Shown in pieces: positions 1-9,407 of a stretch of DNA of 35,501 bases. Every line of letters starts with the position of its first letter. Within the stretch, counting starts at the first letter, position 1. Source of the DNA: Macrostomum lignano (taxonomy: Eukaryota). The notes beneath the pieces are model-generated. The model was not told the DNA's origin, did not search any database, and saw nothing but the letters and a program-made list of their open reading frames with translations. The position numbers and the translations under genes were made by a program. The stretch lies in the NCBI GenBank assembly GCA_002269645.1, contig NIVC01004768.1, positions 1 to 35,501 of the forward strand, read 5' to 3'.

Positions 1-11
1 AAAAGCATTGT

Positions 12-105
12 TTTATTATTGTTGCAATAATTCTAAGACACCTACTTTACGAGGCGTAAGTAGTCTATAAAGCGCATTTTTTCATTCACCGGAAACACGT
101 TTATT
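12..105 (-). terminator. Two candidate polyadenylation signals (AATAAA on the minus strand at 100-105 and 12-17) for the minus-strand NP[IL][TL]G-repeat gene
   Basis: TTTATT at 12-17 and 100-105 on the plus strand, downstream of the candidate terminal exon. Confidence 0.4.
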
Positions 106-169
106 GCCAGATTTATATCGCCACTCGTTGAGCTTCTCAGAAATTGAGTAGCTGCTGCAGTTCTTTCGG

Positions 170-189
170 TCAGCGGTTCGAAGCGGCAT
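170..189 (-). CDS. Candidate terminal coding exon of the minus-strand NP[IL][TL]G-repeat gene (…DAASNR*)
   Basis: CTAAT branch-like motif and TGTAG acceptor; phase 1 matches the donor of exon 740-844. An alternative acceptor near 250 would give DSGYKCTVTVN*, so the end is unresolved. Confidence 0.3.
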
Positions 190-290
190 CTACAGTGTAT
201 GCGTGTTAATCGAAAATTAGTTGACGGTAACAGTACACTTGTATCCTGAATCTGCCATGTACATGTATTTTTCGAAAAACTTGTGCCCCA

Positions 291-695
291 AAATCCAAAA
301 TCCAAATCCTGAATCCCAAACCCTAAATCCCAAATCCTAAATCGCAAATCCTGAATCCCAAATCCTGAATCCCAAATCCTGAATCCTAAATTCTCAATCC
401 CAAATCCAAAATCCCAAATCCTTAATTCCAAATAATGAATCCCAGATACTGACTCTCAAATCCTAACCCTAAATCCCAAACCCTAAATCCAAAATCCTGA
501 ATTTCAAATCCCAAATCCTGAATCCCAAATCCTGAATCCCAAATCCCAAATCCTAAATCCCAAATCCTGAATCCCAAATCCTGAATCCTGAATCCCAAAT
601 CCTGAATCCTGAATCCCAAATCCAAATCCTAAATCCCAAATCCTAAATCCCAAATCCTGAATCCCAAATCCTAAATCCCAAATCCTTAATCCCTA
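291..695. repeat. Intronic minisatellite, ~14-bp unit AATCCCAAATCCTG built from 7-bp subunits
   Basis: Tandem array read directly; explains ORFs 42-431 (N-terminal part) and 422-625. Confidence 0.95.
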
Positions 696-739
696 ATTCA
701 AGGTCGGACCACCTGGTTAAAAAGACTACCACAACGTAC

Positions 740-844
740 CGCTCTCTGTCCGCCTCCCAGAGTTTGTTGTCTTCATCTCGTGATTGATTTCATAGCTGGA
801 AACTCCGTCTCCGGTCAGCGGGTTGGCCCTGCTGTGTTGCCGCT
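740..844 (-). CDS. Coding exon of NP[IL][TL]G-repeat gene: (E)RQHSRANPLTGDGVSSYEINHEMKTTNSGRRTES
   Basis: CTCAG acceptor, G|GTACGT donor, 105 nt, phase 1/1, open frame; joining to the upstream exon recreates the QQER motif also seen in exon 4408-4536. Confidence 0.6.
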
Positions 845-1029
845 CTGAGGGTCAGCCGCCAGTTGTATTTGACTCATGAAATCGACTCGCGTCTTCGATC
901 GTGTTTCTCGTGACTTTTATTTATTGTACATTTTGTGTATTGATCAATCTCAACCCCTCACCATTCACCCGCTGAATATTTATTGTCAGAAAATTTAAAT
1001 TCGCGCCAAGGCAAGGTCAGAGGGCGAAA

Positions 1030-1700
1030 TCAGGCAATCGCAACCCGATTCATCAACCAAACCCCAAACTCTCAGCCAATCGCAACCCTCATCAACCGAA
1101 CCCCAAACTCTCTCAGCCAATCGCAACCCCTCATCAACCGATCCCCAAATTCTCAACCAATCGCAACCAAATTTATCACCCAAACCCCAAACTCTCAGCC
1201 AATGGCAACCCTTCACCAACCAAACTGCAAACTATCAGCCAATTGCAACCCTTCATCAACCAAACCCCAAACTCTCTCAGCCAATCGCAACCCTTCACGA
1301 ACAAAACCCTCAGCCAATCGCAACCCAATTCAACAACCAAACCCAAAGTCCCAACAAATCGCAATCCTTCATCAACCAAACCCAAAACTCTCAGCCAATC
1401 GCAACCCCTCATTAACCGAACTCCAAACTCTATGCCAATCGCAACCCCTCATTGTAGTGCTCATGCGAGCCCAATTTATATGTACATCGGCCTTGCGTAC
1501 AATTCATGCACTTCAAGTGCGGCGATTCTCCACCCCCCACTCTGGTGGCGTGATTTTATTCCATAGTCTGAAAATAAATAAATATCGATCAGCCCACCTA
1601 GCAGGGCTTCACCTTTCGTCTCAGCACACTCCGGCTCTTCTTACTATAGCCATTACACTTATCAACCAGACCTAAACTCCCAGCCAATCGCAACCCCTCC
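1030..1700. repeat. Intronic minisatellite, ~40-42-bp unit CTCAGCCAATCGCAACCCCTCATCAACCGAACCCCAAACT (main array 1030-1450, stray copy 1660-1700)
   Basis: Tandem array read directly; explains ORFs 983-1675, 995-1219, 1176-1412 and 1243-1566. Confidence 0.9.
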
Positions 1701-1889
1701 AATCTCACCATTGGTCAGCGGCCTCTGCCTGTCAGCATATCCGTATATCGGATCCCACTCAACTCCAAAATCGCCACTCCCAGATATGATGTCTCTATGA
1801 GCTGAAATGGGAAATTAGTTGCTGCGCAAATTTGTTCTTTTTCGTTTTTTTCTCTGCACCTGCCCAACCCCGTCCCCCTGAAAACACAC

Positions 1890-1982
1890 CTTGTTGGATC
1901 CGTGTCTTCCCAGGCCGCCCGTTGGGCCGCAGATCTTCGGGATAATCCGCAGAGCCGCCACTCAGATTCAGCGGGCTGTCAG
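1890..1982 (-). CDS. Coding exon of NP[IL][TL]G-repeat gene: (S)DSPLNLSGGSADYPEDLRPNGRPGKTRIQQ
   Basis: Pyrimidine-rich acceptor ...CCCTCTCCGACTCGCAG, donor AAG|GTGTGT, 93 nt, phase 1/1, open frame. Confidence 0.65.
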
Positions 1983-2099
1983 CTGCGAGTCGGAGAGGGT
2001 GGATAAAATTATGGGTTTCACTGGCCCATTCTCAATGCTCTTGAATTTATGGGAACTCTAAGTAGAGATTTTAGATACTTTTTTGAGTAGCTCTCTTGG

Positions 2100-2610
2100 G
2101 AAACCGCAAATGGGATCTTCGGTAACCAACAGATGGCATCTTCGGTAAGCAACAGATGGCATCTTCGGTAAGCAACAGATGGGATCTTTTGAAACTACAG
2201 ATGGAATCTTTGGAAACAACAGATGGGATCTGCGGAAGCTACAGATCGAATCTGCGGGAACTACAGATGGGATCTTTGGAAACAACAGATGGGATCTGCG
2301 GAAGCTACAGATAGAATCTGCGGAAACTACATATGGGATCTTTGGAAACCACAGATGGGATCTGCGGAAGCTACAGATAGAATCTGCGGGAACTACAGAT
2401 GGAGTCTTCGGAAACCGCAAACGGGATCTTTGGAAACCACAGATGGGATCTTCGGTAACCAACAGATGGGATCTATGGAAACTACAGATGGGATCTTCGG
2501 TAACCAACAGATGGGATCTTTGGAAACTACAGATTGGATCTGCGGAAGCTACAGATAGAATCTGCGGAAACTACAGATGGGATCTTTGGAAACCACAGAT
2601 GGGATCTTGG
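2100..2610. repeat. Intronic minisatellite, 22-bp unit (ACAGATGGGATCTTTGGAAACT family) with a 66-bp three-unit higher-order repeat
   Basis: Tandem array read directly; the 22-aa periodicity of ORF 2179-2640 reflects the 66-bp period. Confidence 0.9.
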
Positions 2611-2657
2611 AATCCCCAAATTTGGGAACCGGCAAAATGACCCCTCGCCTGACTCAC

Positions 2658-2741
2658 AGTCCTTCCTTTTCGAATCCACCCGAGAGAACAGCTTCACCTC
2701 GGCTCCAAGATTTCCCTCTCCCAGAATAGGATTCCGATCGT
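2658..2741 (-). CDS. Coding exon of NP[IL][TL]G-repeat gene: (D)DRNPILGEGNLGAEVKLFSRVDSKRKD
   Basis: Acceptor TTCTTCAACTTGCAG, donor T|GTGAGT, 84 nt, phase 1/1, open frame. Confidence 0.75.
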
Positions 2742-2916
2742 CTGCAAGTTGAAGAAATGTTTGGTTACCTCTTTCAGTTGACAATTGGAAATTTTAGGTT
2801 GAAGCATTCAAAATTTTAGCAGATGAAGCCATAAGAGCTTGGGCAATCAAAAACACCCTTGCCTCATACTACTAAGTAAGTAGCTTAAATGTTTTACTTG
2901 AATTTCTTTCAAAAGT

Positions 2917-4273
2917 AGACAGGGGGCTAGCAGGGGACAACAGGGGGCTAGCAGGGGACAACAGGGGGCTAGCAGGGGACAACAGGGAGCTAGCAAGGGA
3001 CAACAGGGGGCTAGCAGGGGACAGGGGGGCTAGCATGGGACAACAGGGAGCTAGCAAGGGACAGAGGGCTAACAGGGGACAGGGGCTAGCAAGGGACAGG
3101 AAGCTAGCAGGGACAACAACAGAGGGCTAGCAAGGGACAACAGGGGGCTAGCAAGGGACAACAGAGGGCTAGCGGTGGACAGGGGGGCTAGCAGGGGACA
3201 GGGGGGGCTAGCAGGGGACAACAGGGGGCTAGCAGGGGACAACAGGGGGCTAGCAGGGGACAGGGGGGGGCTAGCAGGGGACAGGGGGGGGGCTAGCAGG
3301 GGACAGGGTGGGCTAGCAGGGGACAGGGGCTAGCGGTGGACAGGGGGCTAGCAGGGGACAGGGGGCTAGCAGGGGACAGGGGCTAGCGGTGGACAGGGGG
3401 CTAGCAGGGGACAGGGGGCTAGCAGGGGACAGGGGGCTAGCAGGGAACAGGGGGCTAGCAGGGGACAACAGGGGGCTAGCAGGGGACAGGGGGCTAGCAG
3501 GGAACAGGGGCTAGCAGGGGACAACAGGGGGCTAGCAGGGGACAGGGGGCTAGCAGGGAACAGGGGCTAGCAGGGGACAACAGGGGGCTAGCAGGGGACA
3601 GGGGGGCTAGCAGGGGACAGGGGGGGGGGCTAGCAGGGGACAGGGTGGGCTAGCAGGGGACAGGGGCTAGCGGTGGACAGGGGGCTAGCAGGGGACAGGG
3701 GGCTAGCAGGGGACAGGGGGCTAGCAGGGAACAGGGGGCTAGCAGGGGACAACAGGGGGCTAGCAGGGGACAGGGGGCTAGCAGGGAACAGGGGCTAGCA
3801 GGGGACAACAGGGGGCTAGCAGGGGACAGGGGGCTAGCAGGGAACAGGGGCTAGCAGGGGACAACAGGGGGCTAGCAGGGGACAGGGGGCTAGCAGGGAA
3901 CAGGGGCTAGCAGGGGACAACAGGGGGCTAGCAGGGGACAGGGGGCTAGCAGGGGACAGGGGGCTAGCAGGGGACAACAGGGGGCTAGCAGGGGACAACA
4001 GGGGCTAGCAGGGGACAGGGGGCTAGCAGGGGACAGGGGGCTAGCAGGGGACAACAGGGGCTAGCAGGGGACAGGGGGCTAGCAGGGGACGGGGGCTAGC
4101 AGGGGACAACAGGGGGCTAGCAGGGGACAAGGGGCTAGCAGGGGACAACAGGGGGCTAGCAGGGGACAGGGGCTAGCGGGACAGGGGGCTAGCAGGGGAG
4201 CAGGGGGGGGGCTAGCAGGGGACAGGGGGCTAGCAGGGGACAACAGTGGGCTAGCAGGGGACAGGAGGGGGGC
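2917..4273. repeat. Intronic G-rich minisatellite, 18/21-bp unit GGGGGCTAGCAGGGGACA(ACA)
   Basis: Tandem array of ~1.35 kb read directly. Confidence 0.97.
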
Positions 4274-4407
4274 AATGAGTAGAAAATAAAAAGCAAGGAA
4301 ACGAGTCAGTCAGTTGAAGAAAACATTGAAACTACATAAAACTGCAGTGTCGCAGAAGTGAGAATTTCTCTCAGCATATTTTATTGTATTATCGCCCGCG
4401 CGCTCAC

Positions 4408-4536
4408 CCCGCTCTCGAGTGGCCCTTTTTGTCCGCTCCTGCTGATAGCCAAGTGTCAAACCGTTTTCCTCAGAAGGAGTCGCTGTCGCTTTCTTGTTGG
4501 TTAGGCCGGTGATGGGATTCCGATCCTGATCGATGG
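4408..4536 (-). CDS. Coding exon of NP[IL][TL]G-repeat gene: IDQDRNPITGLTNKKATATPSEENGLTLGYQQERTKRATRER
   Basis: Acceptor ...TTAAACTCTGCAG after a pyrimidine tract, donor G|GTGAGC, 129 nt, phase 1/1, open frame; DRNPITG matches DRNPILG in the next exon. Confidence 0.75.
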
Positions 4537-5549
4537 CTGCAGAGTTTAACGAGTAAAGGAATTAAAGAGAACTCTTGCTAATAAATATGAAAATGGGGGA
4601 AAGACACATCCACATTGTAAATGCATATTTAATCTTTAATATTTAGCTTTCGTCAAAAGTTAGTCCAGTTTTAGTATATATTAGAGCTGCATAAGTAATA
4701 TTAATTACTATATGAAGCGGCTGTTTCTTATAATTAAACGCAATAAAAGACAAATGATTTAATTTACCTCGAGATCGGTTCATTTTCAATATCAGCGCGA
4801 TGATGGTTGTAAATGAAAAATTTACGAAGTATAGAACTTTTATACTGTATGGGGTCTTTTACAATTCTCTAAAACTGACACCTAGTAGTCTAGAAATTCT
4901 TATTTTATAGAGTTGAACCTCTAGCTCGTATATAAAGTATACACTTGGAAATAGTTCGTTTTTTTACAAAAATGTGCCGCTCTCTCGATTAATATTGGCT
5001 CACAATTGGTTAGAGGTGAGAAAGGAGAAGTGTGAAAAAAAGCCTCATGCGGAGCACAGGGGGGGGGGGCGGCAGCAGTTGGAAAACTTTAACAGTGTGG
5101 CTTTGAGAGTGAGCTTCGCGGGAAACAGCTGGAGAGCAGGCTCTTACATGTACATGCGGTAATAGTGGTCTAGTGAAGGTACATGTTAGTTGGAGGAAGT
5201 GGAGACTGCATGGGGAAACAACTAAATTATATGAGCTGCTACAGGCTTGGTATAATTGCTAGCTGCAATCGTGTCATTGAGTATAGTGAGTATAAAACTT
5301 TGAGCTCAGCTTTTCAGAATGTATATGTACATGTAAATACGCGCATGTAATACATGCAGATTTTGCTTTAAGAATTAAACATATTTATATGGCATGTTGA
5401 GTGCATTTTCTTCCTAAAATTTTAAATTAATACACAGATTTTAGATTGTGTACATAAGTTCGTTCGGACATGTACATATATTTAGCCGCCTATTTTTAGT
5501 TCGACAGCATTAATAACCTCAGATGCTTTTACGTACATCAAATCACCGG

Positions 5550-5550
<1 letters not shown>

Positions 5551-5606
<56 letters not shown>
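5551..5606. repeat. (CAA)n microsatellite, the (TTG)n 3' tail of the RTE-type LINE
   Basis: About 18 units, 16 nt beyond the LINE ORF stop codon at 5623. Confidence 0.9.
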
Positions 5607-7341
5607 GAATACGCGTTCAGCGTCACAGGGCGCGCTTCAAAGCCAGGTCGCGAATGAATGCCACGCCGCCGGCCGAATCCGGGGCGCCGGCGTCAGCCAG
5701 CAGGCAGTCGACGAAACGCCGAGTGCGCGTCTGCCCCCGCCGGTAGGGTGCCTGCAGCGTTAGCAGCAGCACCTCCTGCACCGGCTGTGGGCAGTACGAC
5801 TCGGCGCGGATGATGTGGCCTGCCAGCTGGAGTCGCCGACGGCGCAACAGGTCGCTTGGACGGACCAGGCCGGCGCGGCGATATAAAGCCGCGCTGGTCA
5901 CTCGCTCGTAGCCGATCCTGAAGGCGGCGCGCAGCAGGCCAGCATGCGCCGCGTCAACTTGTTGTTCGAGCGACTCCGTCAGCGTCCAGGTCTCGACGTT
6001 GTACAGCAGGTCGGTCTCGATTACCGCCTGGAACAACGCTGCCTTCTGGCGGTCAGGTACCTGCAGGACTGCAGGACTGCCCTCACAGAACGAAAGGCAG
6101 CCCAGGCAAGCCCGCGGCGAAGCCGCAAATCCTCGCGGACGCCGGGAACCAGACTGCCGAGGTAGACGAACTGCTGACAACGCGGAAACTGTGTCGCCTG
6201 TCCATCAGCACCTCGACACAAAATCGCAGCCTTGATGTCGTCCGGCACGCAGAGCACGACGGTCCTCTGCGTGTTGACCACCAGGCCGACACTCGCCGCA
6301 ACAGCAACTAGCTTGTCCAGTTGTCGCTGGGCGCCATCGACAGTTGAGGACAGCAGGGCGGGGTCGTCGGCGTAGCCAAGCAGGCTGAGCCGACTCTCCG
6401 GTTGACGTCGACCCACGCGTCGCCGCAACAGAAAGCCGTCGTCGTTGGTAGGAAGAGTGGTCCGCAGCACCCAGTCAAGCATCAGAACGAACAGGAACGG
6501 CGCAGGCGTATCTTCTTGAAGCACTCCGGAGGATGTCTCAAAGAAGTCCGATAGGCCGTCCGGTGTTGAAACAGCAGCTTTCGGATCACGGTACATCGCC
6601 ATGATGGCAGAAATCAGCTACTCTGGCACGTTGTACGCACGGAGCATCTTTGGGAGCACAGATCTGGCGACCGAGTCGAATGCCTTGTTGAAATCTATGA
6701 AGATAACAATCAGGATCGACTGGCGTATCCGTACTTCCTCAATTACTCGCCGAAGAGCCAGGATCTGCGTCACTGTGCCGCGATGGGGCCGGAAGCCGTT
6801 CTGCTCAGGACGCAGGTACTGATTCAGCACGGGCTGCAACCACGATAGCAGAATCCGGTTGAATAACTTCGCAGCGCAGGACTGAAGGCAGATACCTCGA
6901 TGCTCCTCAAGCCTCGTGGTGCTCGGCTTCTTAGGAACTGCGACGATATGTGCGCCGTGATCCATTTGTTGGGTGCCTCCTCACCGAAGAGTACGCGATT
7001 CATCACTCTGGCGACCTCACTGGCCACATAGTGGATGCACAGCGCCTCAATGGGCACCTCGTCCGGATTCAGCGCTTTCCCGCCCGGTGACTGTTGGGCG
7101 AGCCTCTCACAACGTTGGGTGTGCTGACTGGTACTAGGCTGAAGCTCTCTTCTGCCGGCAACGGCACCTCCGGCGACAGCGTCAGACTGTCTGGCAGCGG
7201 ATGTGGCGGCGTGTTGACAATGGCGGCGAAGAACTCACGCAGCTCGTTCCTGCGTTCGTCCGCGGTGTCGCCTGTCAGGTTTAGCGGAAAGCTTTCGCCC
7301 CGTCAAAGCATTGATAGCCGACCAGGCCACGCGGCTCTTAC
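5551..7341 (-). mobile_element. 5'-truncated, inactivated non-LTR retrotransposon (RTE-type LINE), reverse transcriptase and C-terminal region
   Basis: Frame pieces 6824-7057, 6618-6965, 6021-6602 and 5623-6180 carry RT motifs QNGFRPHRG, FIDFNKAFDSV, GVLQEDTPAPFLF (decayed from GVLQGDTLAP), YADD, FVYLGS and the RTE-like C-terminus RRRLQLAGHIIR with no CCHC finger; frameshifts; simple-repeat tail; no endonuclease part. Confidence 0.92.
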
Positions 7342-7352
7342 GCTCTAACTAA

Positions 7353-7408
7353 ATCACGAACGTGATGGGTTTCGGCCTTTTCGGCCACCTTGCGGGAAGC
7401 CTTCGGGC
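7353..7408. other. Cluster of four back-to-back hairpins
   Basis: ATCACG-AA-CGTGAT (7353-7366), GGCC-TTTTC-GGCC (7374-7386), CC-TTGC-GG (7388-7395), GCC-TTCG-GGC (7399-7408). Confidence 0.6.
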
Positions 7409-8140
7409 CTCAGGTCTCAGAAATAAATCAATTAGAGTCCTGGCCCCCCACTCCTGTCAGATGGTCAGCCCCATGGTAGCTTGATCTGTGGCGAGCAGTC
7501 TAGGTCCTATAGCTAAGAGAGGGACAACGAGAGACATGCAGGGAGAATTTTGAAAGTAGAGATCAGCTATTCCGCAGATTAACTAACCCGCTGCCACCAG
7601 CCCGTGCGTCCTGGCTCACCAAACCGGGACTTTCGAAATCGGGCTTCCGACTAGAAGGGGCTTAGCGCTTACCTGCCAACTAGTGTCTTTTTGCTGTCAA
7701 TCTCGAAGTCATAGCCGATGATAAGGGACATTGCTGGGACTCGATCGCATTGGCCATGCAGGTACAGAGGGGGACTTGTGCAGGGGATTCTTGCAGTAGC
7801 GAGACTATGGGGTAGCTACATGTACTATTATATTGCTAAATACGAGGAATTGTAATCCACAGTGACGGAATCGGCTTAGTGCTTCGCAGCTGTAGGCCCG
7901 GGATGATGCTGTCACAAACTTGGTAAATAACTAGCAGGTGCGATGATCTTAATCTTGATGATCGTAGCTGTCGACCGGGGGAATTCGTCCTTGATGATGA
8001 TGGGGGAAGTCGCGATCCGGGGATCAAGAGACGACGTAGAGCTCCGGGAACCAGAAGTTGTGCACATGACTCGAGCAAGTGGTTGGCTGGGTGACAGGTG
8101 ACCGGCCAAGTTGAAGTCCGAGCGGGCCCAAAAACGCCGG

Positions 8141-8276
8141 TTTTATAGCCGCCAACTGGACCGCAATTTGTTATAATGGAACACCTCGACGCTGATTGGC
8201 TGAGCCGATTTGTTATAACTGACGTCAAATTTTCTGATTGGCTGAGCTTGTCTGATTGGCCACTCAAACTCACGTG
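8141..8276 (-). promoter_or_regulatory. Pol II promoter-like module facing left: TATA box, three CCAAT boxes, CRE and E-box
   Basis: TATAAAA on the minus strand at 8141-8147; RGCCAATCAG cores at 8195-8199, 8237-8241 and 8255-8259; TGACGTCA at 8220-8227; CACGTG at 8271-8276. Confidence 0.65.
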
Positions 8277-9407
8277 ACCAGAAGATCCTATCAGTTCCCT
8301 CGGGGCCCATAGCCTGCTGTTAGTAGGCTAGCAAGTTTGGAGCCCATGTGCGAGCGTGAAATTTGGAAAAAAATTGCCTCCTCATTGTAGCGAGCAACTC
8401 TAGCTGGTTGTTGCGAGTGTTAGTTAGCCACTCAAAAAGGTGGAGAAATAGAATGTGGCTGTGCCTGTATATTTATTGTCTGGTAGAACACTGATTCCCG
8501 GTTCATTGAGTGCGCGTTGGGATGTGCTCGAGCAGAGGGAAGTGGATAAGCTGGATGGCGGTCACGGAGTGCAAACTAGGTGCCCGAACTGCCTGCTGCG
8601 CATGCTACACTCATCATACGCTCTAACTAAAACGTGTATAAGAACTAAAATTACGCGTCAGCTAATTTAACTAATCGTACTATATATTAGCCTTGTACTT
8701 GTATACAACAGTATAGACATTCTAATTGACCGCAATCGCCAAGGATCACTCTTTACGCTACCCCTAAACCCCATGTAGACGTAGGATACCATAACTTAAG
8801 TTCTTACCCAGATGGTACATGTGGCTTGCTGAGCCAAAAGTGAGCCGATTTTTTTCGACTCAAGGCGAGTAGTGAGTGCTTTACGATAGAAAAGGACAAG
8901 GCGTGTATGTAAAAACTGTGATCATAGCATCCTCTCTAAGGCTAACTGCATTAGTTTACGCATTTTTCAAGCATTAAACAAAAATGAACGTTTATAGACT
9001 TTGTTGTATTTTTCCGGCTTTGAGACGTAATGTACGAAATTAATTGCGCGACTTTAAAGTCTCGAATTATGTATATTTCCGGCCGATATATGTCGATGTG
9101 ACCGCGTCGTAGCTAATTCCTTCAAATTTAGTACGACTTTATATCAAAAAAGCTAGTACTAAAATAATAGTACTACTAGACTAGGGTAAAAAAATGTTTC
9201 TTAGTTTAATTGCTGCATACTTTAGTTAGGCTACTTACGCTTCTAGTGCTATGTATGCTATGCCATCCCATCTAGTTGCGATTTTTTAATTTTATAATTT
9301 ACTGATCTTGTTCACTACAAGTATTTTTTTTGTTTATCTTGCTGAAAGTGAAAATTGGAAATAAGTTAGGCCTACTAAATTCATTTATTTATCTCTGGTC
9401 TTAGTAT

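Noticed and set aside
42-431. 129-aa minus ORF as a gene
   Set aside because: The first third is minisatellite translation, and the tail frame (RCRFEPL…) is not phase-compatible with the upstream donor at 740
291-695. Interstitial telomeric repeat
   Set aside because: Only scattered CCCTAA; the unit is AATCCCAAATCCTG, not tandem TTAGGG
983-2640. Long ORFs at 983-1675, 2058-2507, 2179-2640 and 2223-2558
   Set aside because: Open in several frames on both strands only because the repeat units lack stop codons
5944-7348. Plus-strand and off-frame ORFs over the LINE
   Set aside because: Antisense or shadow frames of the GC-rich reverse transcriptase sequence
7353-7415. Intact hammerhead or HDV-like ribozyme
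   Set aside because: The CUGANGA core is incomplete, stems I and III do not pair, and no HDV nested pseudoknot could be built; kept only as a hairpin cluster
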